Origin: Candidatus Oxydemutator sp. | GTDB taxonomy: Bacteria; Pseudomonadota; Gammaproteobacteria; Poriferisulfidales; Oxydemutatoraceae | Direction: 5' to 3' | Assembly: GCA_965203445.1 (NCBI GenBank) | Contig: OZ241883.1 | Location: forward strand, 320,001 to 384,000 | DNA: 64,000 bases | Part shown: piece after piece, positions 49,472-61,981 of the stretch | Numbering within the stretch: position 1 is the stretch's first letter | How the letters are laid out: each line of letters starts with the position of its first letter | The notes under the pieces: generated by a model | The model's input: only the letters and a program-made list of their open reading frames with translations | What the model was told of the DNA's origin: nothing | Database searches by the model: none | Program-made: the position numbers and the translations under genes

Positions 49472-50748
49472 TCATCGGCGACTCGCGGCGCCTGCGCCTG
49501 GTCGAGGACGACTCGGTGCACCTCGTCGTGACCTCGCCCCCGTACTGGCAGCTGAAAGATTACGGCGACGAAAACCAGATCGGGTTCGACGACTCCTACG
49601 AGGACTACGTCAACCACCTGAACGTGGTGTGGAACGAGTGCCGCCGGGTGCTCGCCCCCGGGTGCAGGTTGTGCATAAACGTCGGCGACCAGTTCGCGCG
49701 CTCGGTCTATTACGGGCGCTACAAGGTGATTCCGATCAGGACCGAAATCATCAAGTTTTGCGAGAGCGTCGGCTTCGATTACATGGGCACCATCATCTGG
49801 CAGAAAGCGGCCACGATGAACACCACCGGCGGCGCCTCGGTCATGGGTTCCTACCCGTATCCGAGAAACGGCATCATCAAAATTGATTACGAGTGGATCC
49901 TGTTGTTCAAGAAACTCGGCACCGCACCGCCGGTCGAACGCGAGCGCAAAGAACGTTCGCGCCTGACCAAGGAGGAGTGGAACCAATACTTTCGCGGCCA
50001 CTGGAACTTTCCCGGCGAGCGCCAGGACAAGCACTTGGCGATGTTCCCGGCGGAACTGCCCAAACGCTTGATCAAGATGTTTTCGTTTGTCGGCGACACG
50101 CTGCTGGATCCGTTTCTGGGCAGCGGGACGACCTGCTTAAGCGCGATGAACCTGGGCCGGAATTCCATCGGTTACGAGATCAACGAGAAGTTCGTCGGCG
50201 TCATCAGGGAGAAGCTCGCGCTGGATCAGAGCAAACTATGGCAGCCGAGCGTGGAGATCATCCGAGACAACGAGGGAGAGGCCCCGGATTTCCGGCGGTT
50301 GATAGAAAAGTTGCCGTATGTTTTCAAGGACACGGTGCGGATGCAGAGGAAAATGGACCCGAAGAAGATGCAGTTCGGATCGAAACTGGATGAGAACGGC
50401 GGCAGGCGCGACACGTATTACTCGGTCAAGGAGATCAAGAGTCCCGACAGCCTGGTGCTGGACAATAAAATGGAAATCAGGCTGCTCGGCGTCAGACCAT
50501 TCAATAAAAAATCGGCGGAAGCAGAGAACTTCATCATGCAAAAAACGCGGGGCCGAAAAGTCTTCATCAGGTTCGACCAGAAGAAGTATGACGACGACGG
50601 AAAACTGCTGTGCTACCTGTATCTGTCCGACAAAACGTTCATCAATGCCCACCTGATCAAGAGGGGACTCGCAGCCGCCGACCACAGTATCCGACACCGT
50701 CACCTCAACAGATTCCTGAAGTATCAGGAGCAGGTGAAAAATGGCTAA
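49444..50748 (+). CDS. N4/N6 DNA methyltransferase fused to a C-terminal SNase (thermonuclease)-like domain
   Basis: VVTSPPY, DPFLGSGTT; C-term IRLLGV..KVFIRFD..LLCYLYL..FINAHLIKRGLA; GTG start 49444. Confidence 0.87.
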   Translation: MENPTRHRVVIGDSRRLRLVEDDSVHLVVTSPPYWQLKDYGDENQIGFDDSYEDYVNHLNVVWNECRRVLAPGCRLCINVGDQFARSVYYGRYKVIPIRTEIIKFCESVGFDYMGTIIWQKAATMNTTGGASVMGSYPYPRNGIIKIDYEWILLFKKLGTAPPVERERKERSRLTKEEWNQYFRGHWNFPGERQDKHLAMFPAELPKRLIKMFSFVGDTLLDPFLGSGTTCLSAMNLGRNSIGYEINEKFVGVIREKLALDQSKLWQPSVEIIRDNEGEAPDFRRLIEKLPYVFKDTVRMQRKMDPKKMQFGSKLDENGGRRDTYYSVKEIKSPDSLVLDNKMEIRLLGVRPFNKKSAEAENFIMQKTRGRKVFIRFDQKKYDDDGKLLCYLYLSDKTFINAHLIKRGLAAADHSIRHRHLNRFLKYQEQVKNG

Positions 50749-51370
50749 AGAGTGGATCCTGAACAGCGCGACGAATCGGTTTCAGCTCAACTTCAAGAGA
50801 AACGTCGGGGCGGTATCGGAAGAAATAAGGAAATGCTCCCCGAAATCTCTTGAAGAGTGGCGACGTTACTACTTTGATAACGTTCGAAAGAAAACCCATA
50901 TCGAGGAATTGGGGCGACGGCTCTACATCAAAATTACCGAGGTTATTCCCTCTGAGGTGGAAGAAATAACCGAGCAGGATTGTATAGACTACATGTTGAA
51001 CCTGGTCATCAGCCGAACTTATGAAGGCTATGAAACAGAAATCAAAACCATATACGGCCAACTAGAGAAAGCCTTGGGCTGCAAAATCGAGCCTGCCCCA
51101 GATGATTGGGATAGAGGCTACAACGTGGACTTCTACATCAAAGTGAATGAAAAATTCATCGGCATTCAAATCAAGCCGGTCAGCGACGTTGCACACGTCC
51201 CCCAGATGTATCAAGAAAGAGCAATACAGAAAGATTCCCACGCCGAATTCAAAAAGAAATTCGGGGGCGAGGTGTTTTATGTGTTTTCACTCAAAAAGAA
51301 CGGCCAAAAAACAATTCAAAACACTGAGGTTGTCGAGCAAATCAGGAACGAGATAAACAAGCTTCAATAA
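50741..51370 (+). CDS. MjaI-family type II restriction endonuclease
   Basis: VGAVSEEIRKCSPKSLEEWRRYY, RTYEGY, VDFYI..IGIQIKP; overlaps the MTase; low GC. Confidence 0.8.
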   Translation: MAKEWILNSATNRFQLNFKRNVGAVSEEIRKCSPKSLEEWRRYYFDNVRKKTHIEELGRRLYIKITEVIPSEVEEITEQDCIDYMLNLVISRTYEGYETEIKTIYGQLEKALGCKIEPAPDDWDRGYNVDFYIKVNEKFIGIQIKPVSDVAHVPQMYQERAIQKDSHAEFKKKFGGEVFYVFSLKKNGQKTIQNTEVVEQIRNEINKLQ

Positions 51371-51420
51371 GGCAATCATTCCTCTTCCATGAGGAAGCAC
51401 CTTATCCAAGGTCGGATACC

Positions 51421-51516
51421 CTAATCCCGCAGATACTTGAAATAGAGTATGGCCGCGATGATGATCATCACGACGCTCAGGATCATCGCCGTTGCTTCGT
51501 ATATGTTCACGTCCAT
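51421..51516 (-). CDS. 31-aa single-TM small protein (not in ORF track)
   Basis: AAGGAG SD, ATG 51516: MDVNIYEATAMILSVVMIIIAAILYFKYLRD*. Confidence 0.65.
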   Translation of the reverse strand: MDVNIYEATAMILSVVMIIIAAILYFKYLRD

Positions 51517-51519
51517 TTT

Positions 51520-51747
51520 TTACTCCTTGTTGTGGTTTGCGTTTCGGGGTCCACGTTTGTAGCCCATACCCACCAGCATCATGCCGACGGCATAGCAGCT
51601 AATCAGCCACATGATACTCGCAATGAGACCGGACAGCTTGTCCAACGTCCAATAAGACTGAACAAACAGCAACGCGGCCCCGACGTTGCCGAGGGCTATC
51701 AAGCCCTTGCCTGCCGCTTTCAGCGGTTCCGCGTAGTATTTTGCCAT
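51520..51747 (-). CDS. 75-aa two-TM small protein
   Basis: AAGGAG SD, MAKYYAEPLKAAGKGLIALGNVGAALLF... Confidence 0.65.
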   Translation of the reverse strand: MAKYYAEPLKAAGKGLIALGNVGAALLFVQSYWTLDKLSGLIASIMWLISCYAVGMMLVGMGYKRGPRNANHNKE

Positions 51748-51890
51748 AGAAGATCGCTCCTTTGGCTTTCCTTGTAGCACTCGATTCCAAAGCAGAGCGC
51801 AAGAACTGGAATGAACGGCACAAAACAGCCGACGAACGGTCATAGCGTGGACACGGCCCCGTTCTTGCCCGCACCCCTTACAATACCCCC

Positions 51891-53772
<1,882 letters not shown>

Positions 53773-53786
<14 letters not shown>

Positions 53787-54261
53787 CGCCAAAACCCGTG
53801 CTACCGTCGCCTGGATCGCGGCGCTGGCGCTGTTGACAAGCGCGGCGCCGGCGGCGGACTCGCCGACGTCGGACGGCATGCGCCACGTCAAGAGCCGCCA
53901 CGTCGTCGACGTAACCGTCGAGCGCGCGAAGCGCATGTTGGAGCATCACGGCTTCCGCGTGTTCGGCGTCATTGACCACGCCGACAACGCGAAGCAGGCC
54001 GACCTCGAACTGCCGCCGACGCAACTGCTGGTGTTCGGCAACCCGAAGGGCGGCACGCCGTTGATGCGCGCCAACCGGCTGATCGGCGCCGATCTGCCGA
54101 TGAAATTGTTGGTGTGGGAAGACGCCGACGGCGTCGTCTGGATCAGCTACAACGAAGCCGCCTATCTGCAAAAGCGCCACCACCTGGACGATCACGCAAA
54201 GCAGTTCGCGCAAATCGCGCGGTTGCTAGAAGACGTAAGCCGCGCGACGGCGAAAAAATAA
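53773..54261 (+). CDS. DUF302 domain secreted protein
   Basis: [32 protein letters not shown]; signal peptide. Confidence 0.85.
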
Positions 54262-54262
54262 A

Positions 54263-54928
54263 GTGGCGGGCGCGGCTGCGACCCTGCGCACGGGACTTGC
54301 GCAACTGGGGCTTGCGACGGACGCCGCGCGCATTGAGACGCTGCTCAAGTGGCTGCGATTGCTTGAAAAATGGAACCGCGCCTATAACCTGACCGCGATC
54401 GCCCCCGCGCAGATGATCCCGCGCCTGGTGCTGCCAAGCGCCGCCGCCGCGCCGTATCTGCGGGGTCGCGAGATCATAGACGTCGGCAGCGGCGCCGGCG
54501 TCCCCGGCATCCCGCTCGCGGTGCTCGCCCCCGAACGCCGCTACACCCTGCTCGACGGCAACGGCAAGAAGACCCGGTTTCTCGAACATTGCCGCCTGAG
54601 CCTGGCGCTCGAAAACATCGTCGTCGTGCGCGACCGCGTCGAGACGTTCCGCCCGCGCGCGCCGTTCGACACGATCATCAGCCGCGCCTACGCCAAATTG
54701 CCCGATTTCACCGCGACCACGCGCCATCTGGGACACGACGGCACGCTGTGGCTGGCGCTGAAAGGCAAAGCGACGGCGGCGGAGTTCGCAGAGCTGGAAC
54801 GGGATCGAAAAACCCGCGCCATCAAGTGCCAATCGAGGCTGCTGCGCGTCCTGGACGGCGGCGCGCCGGCAACGTTGGTCAGCATCGAAACCGGCGCCGC
54901 GGCAGGAATGCGGCAGGGGAAGTTATAA
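54263..54928 (+). CDS. rsmG: 16S rRNA m7G527 methyltransferase
   Basis: KWNRAYNLTA, DVGSGAGVPG, ISRA. Confidence 0.93.
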   Translation: MAGAAATLRTGLAQLGLATDAARIETLLKWLRLLEKWNRAYNLTAIAPAQMIPRLVLPSAAAAPYLRGREIIDVGSGAGVPGIPLAVLAPERRYTLLDGNGKKTRFLEHCRLSLALENIVVVRDRVETFRPRAPFDTIISRAYAKLPDFTATTRHLGHDGTLWLALKGKATAAEFAELERDRKTRAIKCQSRLLRVLDGGAPATLVSIETGAAAGMRQGKL

Positions 54929-54943
54929 TCACCCGGCTTCCCG

Positions 54944-55720
54944 ATGAAACCCATGAAGGGCGCCTACGCAATCACCAACCAGAAAGGCGGCGTCGGCAAG
55001 ACGACGACCAGCGTCAACCTGGCCGCGTCGCTGGCGGCGACCGGGCGGCGCGTGTTGCTGGCGGACCTCGACCCGCAGGGCAACGCCACGACCGCAAGCG
55101 GCGCGGACAAGAACGCGCTCGAGCATTCCACCGCCGACGTGCTGTCCGGCGAGGCGCCGCACTCGTGCATCGTCCACGCCGAGGTAGCCGGCTACGATCT
55201 GCTCGGCGCCAACGGCGCGCTGACGGTCAGCGAAGTGGAACTGATGAACAGTCCCAGGCGCGAATTTCGCCTGCGCAACGCGCTGGCCAGGCTGAACGTG
55301 AGCTACGACTACATTCTGATGGATTGCCCGCCGACGCTGAACGCGCTGACAATCAACGCGCTGGTCGCGGCGCAAGGCGTCATCATCCCGATCCAGTGCG
55401 AGTATTTCGCGCTCGAGGGGCTGTCGTCGCTGCTGGAAACCATCGAGCGCGTACGCCAGACCGCGAACCCCGAACTGCGCATCGAGGGCGTGCTGCGAAC
55501 AATGTTCGATCCGCGCAACAATCTCGCGCGCGACGTCTCACGACAACTGACGATCCATTTCGAGAAGGAGCTGTACGAGGCGATCATCCCGCGCAACGTG
55601 ACCCTGGCGGAGGCGCCTAGCCACGGCATGCCGATCCTGCAATACGACAGACATTCACGCGGCTCGCAGGCGTACCTGGCGTTGGCCGGCGAGGTGCTGA
55701 CGCGCGAGGGCGCGGGATAA
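54944..55720 (+). CDS. parA: Chromosome partitioning ATPase
   Basis: NQKGGVGKTT, DLDPQGNAT, QCEYFALEG, LAEAPSHG. Confidence 0.96.
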   Translation: MKPMKGAYAITNQKGGVGKTTTSVNLAASLAATGRRVLLADLDPQGNATTASGADKNALEHSTADVLSGEAPHSCIVHAEVAGYDLLGANGALTVSEVELMNSPRREFRLRNALARLNVSYDYILMDCPPTLNALTINALVAAQGVIIPIQCEYFALEGLSSLLETIERVRQTANPELRIEGVLRTMFDPRNNLARDVSRQLTIHFEKELYEAIIPRNVTLAEAPSHGMPILQYDRHSRGSQAYLALAGEVLTREGAG

Positions 55721-55724
55721 CGGC

Positions 55725-56609
55725 ATGACCAGGGGCAAACGCAGGGGCCTGGGCGCGCTCGGAGTGGACGTGCTGCTGACGTCTTCGCGCGCGGTCGCGG
55801 TCGGCGGCGACGGCGACGTCCAACTGCGACAAATCCGGCTCGACGACATCCGCCCCGGCCACCACCAGCCGCGCCGGCGTATAGACGAGGACACGTTGCG
55901 CGAACTCGCCGAATCGATCAAGAGCCAGGGCCTGATCCAGCCGGTGATCGTGCGCGGCGACGCGAACGACGCGGGCCGCTACGAGCTGATCGCCGGCGAG
56001 CGGCGCTGGCGCGCCGCGCGCATCGCCGGGCTTGCGCGGATCCCGGCGCTGGTGCGCTCGCTCGACGAAAACGACGCCGCCGCGATTGCACTGATAGAAA
56101 ACATCCAGCGCGAGGACCTGAATCCGCTCGAGGAGGCGTCCGCGATCCAGCAGCTCATCGTCCAGTTCGAGCTCACCCACGAACAGGCCGCCAGCGCGAT
56201 CGGGCGTTCGCGCCCGGCGGTCTCGAACCTGCTGCGCCTGCTCGAACTCAGTCCCGAAGTGCGCGACTGGCTCGCACAGCGGCGCTTCGAGATGGGACAC
56301 GCGCGCACGCTGCTGCAACTGGAAAAAGAGCGGCAGGTCGACGCCGCGCGCGCGATTATCGAGCAGCAGATGTCGGTGCGCGAGGCCGAGCGCTACGTCG
56401 CCGCGTCGCTGAAGAAAAACGGCGCGAGCGCCGGCGCCGAACGCCGCAAGCGCAAACCGCCCGAGATCGCGTCGTTGGAGCGAGAATTGTCCGAGCGCCT
56501 GGGCGCCGCGGTGGACGTTCGCCACAGTGCCGCCTCGGGTAAGGGCAAACTGCTGATCTATTACAGCGACCTCGACGAACTCGAGGGCATACTCGAAAAA
56601 ATCCGCTGA
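55725..56609 (+). CDS. parB: Chromosome partitioning protein
   Basis: IAGERRWRAA, LIENIQREDL, GRSRPAVSNLLRL. Confidence 0.96.
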   Translation: MTRGKRRGLGALGVDVLLTSSRAVAVGGDGDVQLRQIRLDDIRPGHHQPRRRIDEDTLRELAESIKSQGLIQPVIVRGDANDAGRYELIAGERRWRAARIAGLARIPALVRSLDENDAAAIALIENIQREDLNPLEEASAIQQLIVQFELTHEQAASAIGRSRPAVSNLLRLLELSPEVRDWLAQRRFEMGHARTLLQLEKERQVDAARAIIEQQMSVREAERYVAASLKKNGASAGAERRKRKPPEIASLERELSERLGAAVDVRHSAASGKGKLLIYYSDLDELEGILEKIR

Positions 56610-56672
56610 ACGCACCCGTCCCCGCCCTTTCCGGGAACGGCAAAGCGGCCGGCCGCGGCCGAAGACGGCGGA

Positions 56673-57503
56673 CTAAGGCGGACGGTGCTTCCAGCGGCGG
56701 TGCGTCCACAACCAGCTTTGCGGGTCGTGCAGTATGCGGCGCTCTATGGCCGCGGCGTAGCGCCGCATGAACTCTTCCTCGCGGCCCTTCTCGACCGTGC
56801 CCAGAGGCTCGAAACGTGCTTTGTAAAGGCCGCGCCCGCGCCGTTCGCAGACGATGAAAAACACCGGCGTCCGGAACATGACCGCGAGCCTTGCGACGTC
56901 CGCGCCGAACGCGGCGCGCCGTCCTAGGAACGGGATCCAGAACGCGTCCTCGGCGCGCTTCGGCGCCTGGTCGGCGACTATCGCGAAAAAACAGCGGCGG
57001 CGGCGCTGGCGCGCGACTACGGCACCGACGTCGCGGTGCGCCACCGGCACCGCGCCGAAGCGCGCGCGCAGGTCTCGGATGAAGGCGCCGGCGGCGCCGC
57101 GCTGCGGCTTATAGACCGCGAACATCGGCCACCCCAGCGACAACGTGCAACTCTGCAACAGCCACTCCCAGTTGCCGAAGTGCGCCGACAGCAACAGCAC
57201 CGGCCGTCCGGCGTCGGCGGCGTCGAGGATCTCGGGGTTCTCCAGAGGTACGCGCCGCCGTACGTCCTCAGGGCGCATCGTCGCCAATTTGACGGCTTCG
57301 GCGAAGACCGCGCCCAAATCGCGGTAGAAACGACCGGCCAAACTTCTGACGCGCGCCTCGCCATAGTCGGGAAACGCCGCACGCAGATTCTCGAACACCA
57401 CGTCGCGGCGATAGCGGACGACGCGATGGCCCAACGTGGAGAGCACGCGCGCGACGCCGTAGAGCACGCACAGCGGCAGGCGGGAGAGCAGGCGATAAAG
57501 CAT
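56673..57503 (-). CDS. Lipid A biosynthesis (LpxL/HtrB-family) acyltransferase
   Basis: HFGNWE, ADQ, WLWTHRRWK. Confidence 0.88.
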   Translation of the reverse strand: MLYRLLSRLPLCVLYGVARVLSTLGHRVVRYRRDVVFENLRAAFPDYGEARVRSLAGRFYRDLGAVFAEAVKLATMRPEDVRRRVPLENPEILDAADAGRPVLLLSAHFGNWEWLLQSCTLSLGWPMFAVYKPQRGAAGAFIRDLRARFGAVPVAHRDVGAVVARQRRRRCFFAIVADQAPKRAEDAFWIPFLGRRAAFGADVARLAVMFRTPVFFIVCERRGRGLYKARFEPLGTVEKGREEEFMRRYAAAIERRILHDPQSWLWTHRRWKHRPP

Positions 57504-57755
57504 GACGACGAGGTTTATTATAAGGGCACGACCGAGACGAATGACGGTGGGGTAGCGACGCAGAGCAGGGCATTATTACGATCCACCGTGAAGCAATCTA
57601 CAAGGAAAAAATCCGTCTCGAAGACCGGCGCGATGCCCATGGCCTACCCGCCGCCGCACGTCAACCTGATGGACGGCGTGGACTTCCGCGAAACCGCCGC
57701 GGCCACGCGCAAGTAACGGGAAAGAAAAGAACAAGCCTGATAATTCCCGAATAAC

Positions 57756-57782
57756 AAAAGGGGCGCCAAGCGCGCCCCTTTT
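57756..57782. terminator. Bidirectional intrinsic terminator downstream of pstS
   Basis: AAAAGGGGCGC-caagc-GCGCCCCTTTT. Confidence 0.8.
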
Positions 57783-57804
57783 GCGTTGCAGGCGTAGTCG
57801 GATA

Positions 57805-58857
57805 TCAGAGTTTTGCGCTGAGCGTCTGCATCCGGCGCACCGCCGGAAGCAGTTCCTTTCTCTCGGCGTCGGACAACGGAATCATGCCCTTGTCGGCCAG
57901 GTAGCCCTCGGCGCCCGACGCGGCCTCGCTGATGAACTCTTCCACGTACTCGGCCAGACCCGGCACCTTGCCGACGTGTGCCTTCTTCACGTAGAAGTAC
58001 AGCGTGCGCGCCACCGGATACTCGCCGCTTGCAATCGCGTCGAAGGTCGGGGCGACGCCGTCAACCAGCGCGCCGCGCATCGTGTCGAGATTCTGATCGA
58101 GAAAACTGAAGCCGAACACGCCGCGCGCGTTCGAGTTGACCATCAGTTTCTGCACGATCAGGTTGTCGTTCTCGCCGGCCTCGACGTAAGCGCCGTCCTC
58201 GCGGATCGTGTGGCAACGCGCCTTGTATGCCCGCTTGTCCTCGTTCTTCATCGCCTTGACCCAGGTGAACTTCTTGCAGCCGCCTTCCAGCGCCAGCTCG
58301 ACGAAGGCGTCGCGCGTACCCGAGGTCGGCGGCGGCCCCAACACCTCGATGCGCGTCGCCGGCAACGATGAGCCGACGTCGCTCCACTTCTTGTGGGGAT
58401 TCGGCACAAAGGACTCGGAACCATCCGGGTTCGGCACGTCCTTGGCCAGCGCCAGATATATCTGCTTCAGCGTCACCTCCAGCTTCGGCGCCTTCTTCGA
58501 TCCGGCGAGCACGATGCCGTCGTAACCGATGCGCACCTCGACAACGTCGGTGACGCCGTTCTTGCGGCACAAGTCCACTTCCTTTTGTTTGATCCGGCGC
58601 GACGCATTGGCCACGTCGGGCGTGTCCATGCCGACGCCGGCGCAAAACAGTTTCAGGCCGCCGCCGGAGCCGGTGGCCTCGACCTTGGGCGTCTTGAACT
58701 TGCCGGACCTGCCGAACTGCTCGGCGACCACGGTCGAGAACGGATACACCGTGGACGAGCCGACGACGTTGATCTGATCCCTGGCGACGGCCGCACCGCC
58801 CGCCAACGGCCCGCAGGCGGCCAGCGCAAACGCCAGAGGGACAACTCGGTTTTTCAT
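57805..58857 (-). CDS. pstS: Phosphate ABC transporter substrate-binding protein
   Basis: GSSTVYPF, TGSGGG, GPPPTSGTRDAF, YPVARTLYFY. Confidence 0.92.
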   Translation of the reverse strand: MKNRVVPLAFALAACGPLAGGAAVARDQINVVGSSTVYPFSTVVAEQFGRSGKFKTPKVEATGSGGGLKLFCAGVGMDTPDVANASRRIKQKEVDLCRKNGVTDVVEVRIGYDGIVLAGSKKAPKLEVTLKQIYLALAKDVPNPDGSESFVPNPHKKWSDVGSSLPATRIEVLGPPPTSGTRDAFVELALEGGCKKFTWVKAMKNEDKRAYKARCHTIREDGAYVEAGENDNLIVQKLMVNSNARGVFGFSFLDQNLDTMRGALVDGVAPTFDAIASGEYPVARTLYFYVKKAHVGKVPGLAEYVEEFISEAASGAEGYLADKGMIPLSDAERKELLPAVRRMQTLSAKL

Positions 58858-58914
58858 AAAGAACCCTCCCGTGGATTCGATGGTTGCAGAAAATTGGCGG
58901 AGAGTCTCGCACCC

Positions 58915-58936
58915 GAATGTGACAGGAATGTGGCAG
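58915..58936 (-). promoter_or_regulatory. Pho box upstream of pstS
   Basis: Two 11-bp direct repeats CTGCCACATTC CTGTCACATTC match the PhoB CTGTCA consensus. Confidence 0.8.
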
Positions 58937-58937
58937 T

Positions 58938-59014
58938 TGGTGGGCCCGGCAGGATTCGAACCTGCGACCTAAGGATTATGAGTCCCCCGCTCTAACCGAC
59001 TGAGCTACAGGCCC
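58938..59014 (-). tRNA. tRNA-Ile2 (anticodon CAT, lysidine type)
   Basis: GGGCCTGTAGCTCAGTCGGTTAGAGC..CTCATAA..GGTTCGAATCC..CCCACCA; canonical position downstream of rpoD (ileX-like). Confidence 0.9.
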
Positions 59015-59041
59015 TTGTAAAGAAGGGCGCGACGCGGCGCC

Positions 59042-60886
59042 TTACTCCGAACCGAGAAAGCCGCGCAATAGTTCCGAGCGTATCGGGTGGCGCAGCTTTC
59101 TGAGCGCCTTGGCCTCGATCTGGCGGATACGCTCGCGCGTCACGTCGAACTGCTTGCCGACCTCCTCCAGCGTGTGGTCGGTGTTCATGTCTATGCCGAA
59201 ACGCATCCGCAGCACCTGCGCCTCACGCGGCGTCAGCGACGCCAGCAGCTCGCGCATCCGGTCCTTGAGCGCATCCGAATAGGCGGCCTCGTCCGGCGCC
59301 TGCGTGGTCTCGTCGTTGATGAAGTGGCCGAGCTGCGAGTCCTCGTCCTCCCCCACCGGGGTCTCCAGGGACAGCGGCTCCTTGGTCACCTCCAACACCT
59401 TGCGCACCTTGTCCTCGGCCATCTCGAGACGCCGCGCCAGTTCCTCCGGCTTCGGCTCGCGCCCCATCTCCTGCACCATGCGCCGCGTCAGCCGGTTGAA
59501 CTTGTTGATCGTCTCGATCATGTGCACCGGAATGCGGATGGTGCGCGCCTGATCGGCGATCGAGCGCGTGATCGCCTGGCGTATCCACCACGTCGCGTAG
59601 GTCGAGAACTTGTAGCCGCGACGGTACTCGAACTTGTCCACCGCCTTCATCAAGCCGATGTTGCCCTCCTGGATCAGGTCGAGGAATTGCAGGCCACGAT
59701 TGGTGTATTTCTTGGCGATGGAGATGACCAGCCGCAGGTTGGCCTCGACCATCTCCTTCTTGGCGCGACGCGCCTTCGCCTTGCCGATCTGTGCGAGGCG
59801 TCCCAGTTCCTTGATCTCGCCGATCCCGATCCCCGTCTGCTCCTCGTACTCGCGCAGCTTGGCCTGCTCCTTGCGAAAGCTCGCTTCGTTGGCCTTCAAG
59901 CCTTTGCGGTACTTGGAACCGGCCCTGGTGTGGCGCGAGAACCACACCGGGTCGGTCTCGCGGCCACGAAACTTCTCGATGAAATACGCGCGCGGCATCC
60001 GCGCCCGGTTGAGGCAGATGTTCTCGATGATTTTCTCGCTGCCGCGAATCCGGGAGATCGCCAAGCGCAGCCACTGGTCTAGTTCCTCGCGCACGTCGGG
60101 CGTCAGCTTCAGCTCGAGCAACATCTCGGCCATGCGCACGCGCATCCGCGCGTAGCCGGCCGCGGAGGCGCGCACCGAATTCCTGCGCGAGCGTTTGTAG
60201 AGCCTCTTCAGCGTCTCGAAATGCTCGGCGACCTGATCGCGGTCGAAAACGTCGTCGCCCAGGCCGTCGTTTTTGCCCTGCTCGTACTCCTCGTTTTCCT
60301 CCAGCGCAAATCCCAGGAATCTCGGCGAGCAACCATCCACCTGAAAAATACCCTCGTTGGCACCGTCGCAGGCCTGGTAATCCCAGAAACCGCTGAAAAT
60401 TTCCTCCAATTTCAATTCGCCGCGCTCGCTGCGCTCGTAATACGAGAGCAGCAGGGCGATGGACGGCGGGAACAAGGCCAGACTTGCGAGCACTTCATCC
60501 AGGCCGGCCTCGATACGCTTGGCGAGCTTGATCTCGCCTTTGCGGTCGAGCAGGTTGACCGAGCCCATCTCGCGCATGTACATGCGCACCGGGTCGGTGG
60601 TGCGCCCGATCTCGCTGCTGACGTTGGCGAGCATCACGGCGGCCTCCTCGGTCGCCACGTCGTCGGCCGTCTCCTCGGACATCAACAGGTCGCCGGCGGG
60701 CGCCTTCTCGAGCACCTTGATGCCCATGTCGTTGATCACCCGGATCACGTCCTCGATCTGATCCGGATCTACGATGTCCTCCGGCAGGTGATCGCTGACC
60801 TCGGCATAGGTCAAAAAGCCCCTCTCCTTGCCCTTTGCGATCAGATCTTTGTTGAGTCCCGATTGTTCCCTGCGGCGTGCGGCCAC
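59042..60886 (-). CDS. rpoD: RNA polymerase primary sigma factor
   Basis: [42 protein letters not shown]. Confidence 0.97.
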   Translation of the reverse strand: MAARRREQSGLNKDLIAKGKERGFLTYAEVSDHLPEDIVDPDQIEDVIRVINDMGIKVLEKAPAGDLLMSEETADDVATEEAAVMLANVSSEIGRTTDPVRMYMREMGSVNLLDRKGEIKLAKRIEAGLDEVLASLALFPPSIALLLSYYERSERGELKLEEIFSGFWDYQACDGANEGIFQVDGCSPRFLGFALEENEEYEQGKNDGLGDDVFDRDQVAEHFETLKRLYKRSRRNSVRASAAGYARMRVRMAEMLLELKLTPDVREELDQWLRLAISRIRGSEKIIENICLNRARMPRAYFIEKFRGRETDPVWFSRHTRAGSKYRKGLKANEASFRKEQAKLREYEEQTGIGIGEIKELGRLAQIGKAKARRAKKEMVEANLRLVISIAKKYTNRGLQFLDLIQEGNIGLMKAVDKFEYRRGYKFSTYATWWIRQAITRSIADQARTIRIPVHMIETINKFNRLTRRMVQEMGREPKPEELARRLEMAEDKVRKVLEVTKEPLSLETPVGEDEDSQLGHFINDETTQAPDEAAYSDALKDRMRELLASLTPREAQVLRMRFGIDMNTDHTLEEVGKQFDVTRERIRQIEAKALRKLRHPIRSELLRGFLGSE

Positions 60887-60926
60887 TGCTTCCCCCTGTT
60901 CTCCCGTGAACGGCCAGTCGGTTATA

Positions 60927-61979
60927 TTACCACAATCTATTGTACAGGCGCCGCAACCGCGACAGGATACGCACGGCAGGGTTGCGGGAACATTCGATCA
61001 GGTGAATCGGGAGGCTTGCGACGGGGGCTTCGCCCACCATGCTCAGATATTTGCTCAAACCCACGGGGGACATCCAGCTCTGTCGGCTGATGCGCAAGCG
61101 CGCGGAGGCGAACAGGTAATACTCGACTTGCGCAAGCAGCGGATCGTCCAATGGTGCGTCGGACATATACAAGCGCTCCAACTCTCGAAACTGGCGGCAG
61201 TGGAAAACAGTGAAATGTTTTTCAAGGGTTTGCCACCAACGATCAATGTAGTAGCTGTCCCAGTCCGCCATAAAATAAACGGGCATATCCCCCCCCTGGT
61301 CTGAGACCATCCTCCTGATGTCGGCAACGAACAACCCGGGAAACGACCTGACCGCGGCGGAAATCAGGCGCTCCGCATAGTTGCCAAAATAGCGCGACAT
61401 CCTGACGTGCAGGCATACATAGTTTTCTCCAATCTCGCTCAACACCTCCTGCGCCAATGACTTCACCGATTCGGAAGGCTTCAGCCCCACCTCCACGTCG
61501 GCGATGCCCCTGGACTTTTTGTACGAATGCCAAGGAATAACGCTGCGGTTCATCTCGCGGCCGGGCGTTGCCTTGACAACCACCCGGTATCCTCCGTATT
61601 CATCGGACACCGGGACTTCCCCCGGCAAACGCAGACGTTCTTTGTTCCGGATCTTCAAGGTGGAAAAATCACTCATCCGTATAGTTCGCGGCCGAAGGGT
61701 CTCGATTTCTCCGTCCTCGTACGTCACTCGAACAATGGAGTTTTCCAGATCTATGTAATTTTCCCACGGAAAACGGGCGCTGCATGCAACCGATTCCGGC
61801 CGTGGCAGAGTGCGGCCCCCGCTGAAATACCTCAACAAATTCGGGTTCGGTACAACCAGAATCCGCTGCGACCAGACGGCCTCCCGTATCAGGTCCTGCA
61901 AGTTGGAAAGATTATGATTCCAGCCCCCGCCGGAGCCGATGGAGTCGTAGGCCAGATACCTGTCCGCCGGTTTCTGCAT
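60927..61979 (-). CDS. Putative fucosyltransferase-like (O-FucT-type GT-B) protein inserted between dnaG and rpoD
   Basis: ATG 2 nt after the dnaG stop; GGWNHNL..REA...RILVVP, YVCLHVR, VYFMAD, QVEYYL resemble GDP-fucose-binding motifs; lower GC. Confidence 0.6.
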   Translation of the reverse strand: MQKPADRYLAYDSIGSGGGWNHNLSNLQDLIREAVWSQRILVVPNPNLLRYFSGGRTLPRPESVACSARFPWENYIDLENSIVRVTYEDGEIETLRPRTIRMSDFSTLKIRNKERLRLPGEVPVSDEYGGYRVVVKATPGREMNRSVIPWHSYKKSRGIADVEVGLKPSESVKSLAQEVLSEIGENYVCLHVRMSRYFGNYAERLISAAVRSFPGLFVADIRRMVSDQGGDMPVYFMADWDSYYIDRWWQTLEKHFTVFHCRQFRELERLYMSDAPLDDPLLAQVEYYLFASARLRISRQSWMSPVGLSKYLSMVGEAPVASLPIHLIECSRNPAVRILSRLRRLYNRLW

Positions 61980-61981
61980 GA

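Noticed and set aside
57588-57716. 42-codon + strand ORF ending before the pstS terminator
   Set aside because: No recognisable motif or clear SD; could be a gene fragment but unsupported.
58938-59014. tRNA-Met assignment for the CAT anticodon
   Set aside because: Paired 1:72 position, no three consecutive G:C anticodon-stem pairs of the initiator type, and location after rpoD fit tRNA-Ile2 better.
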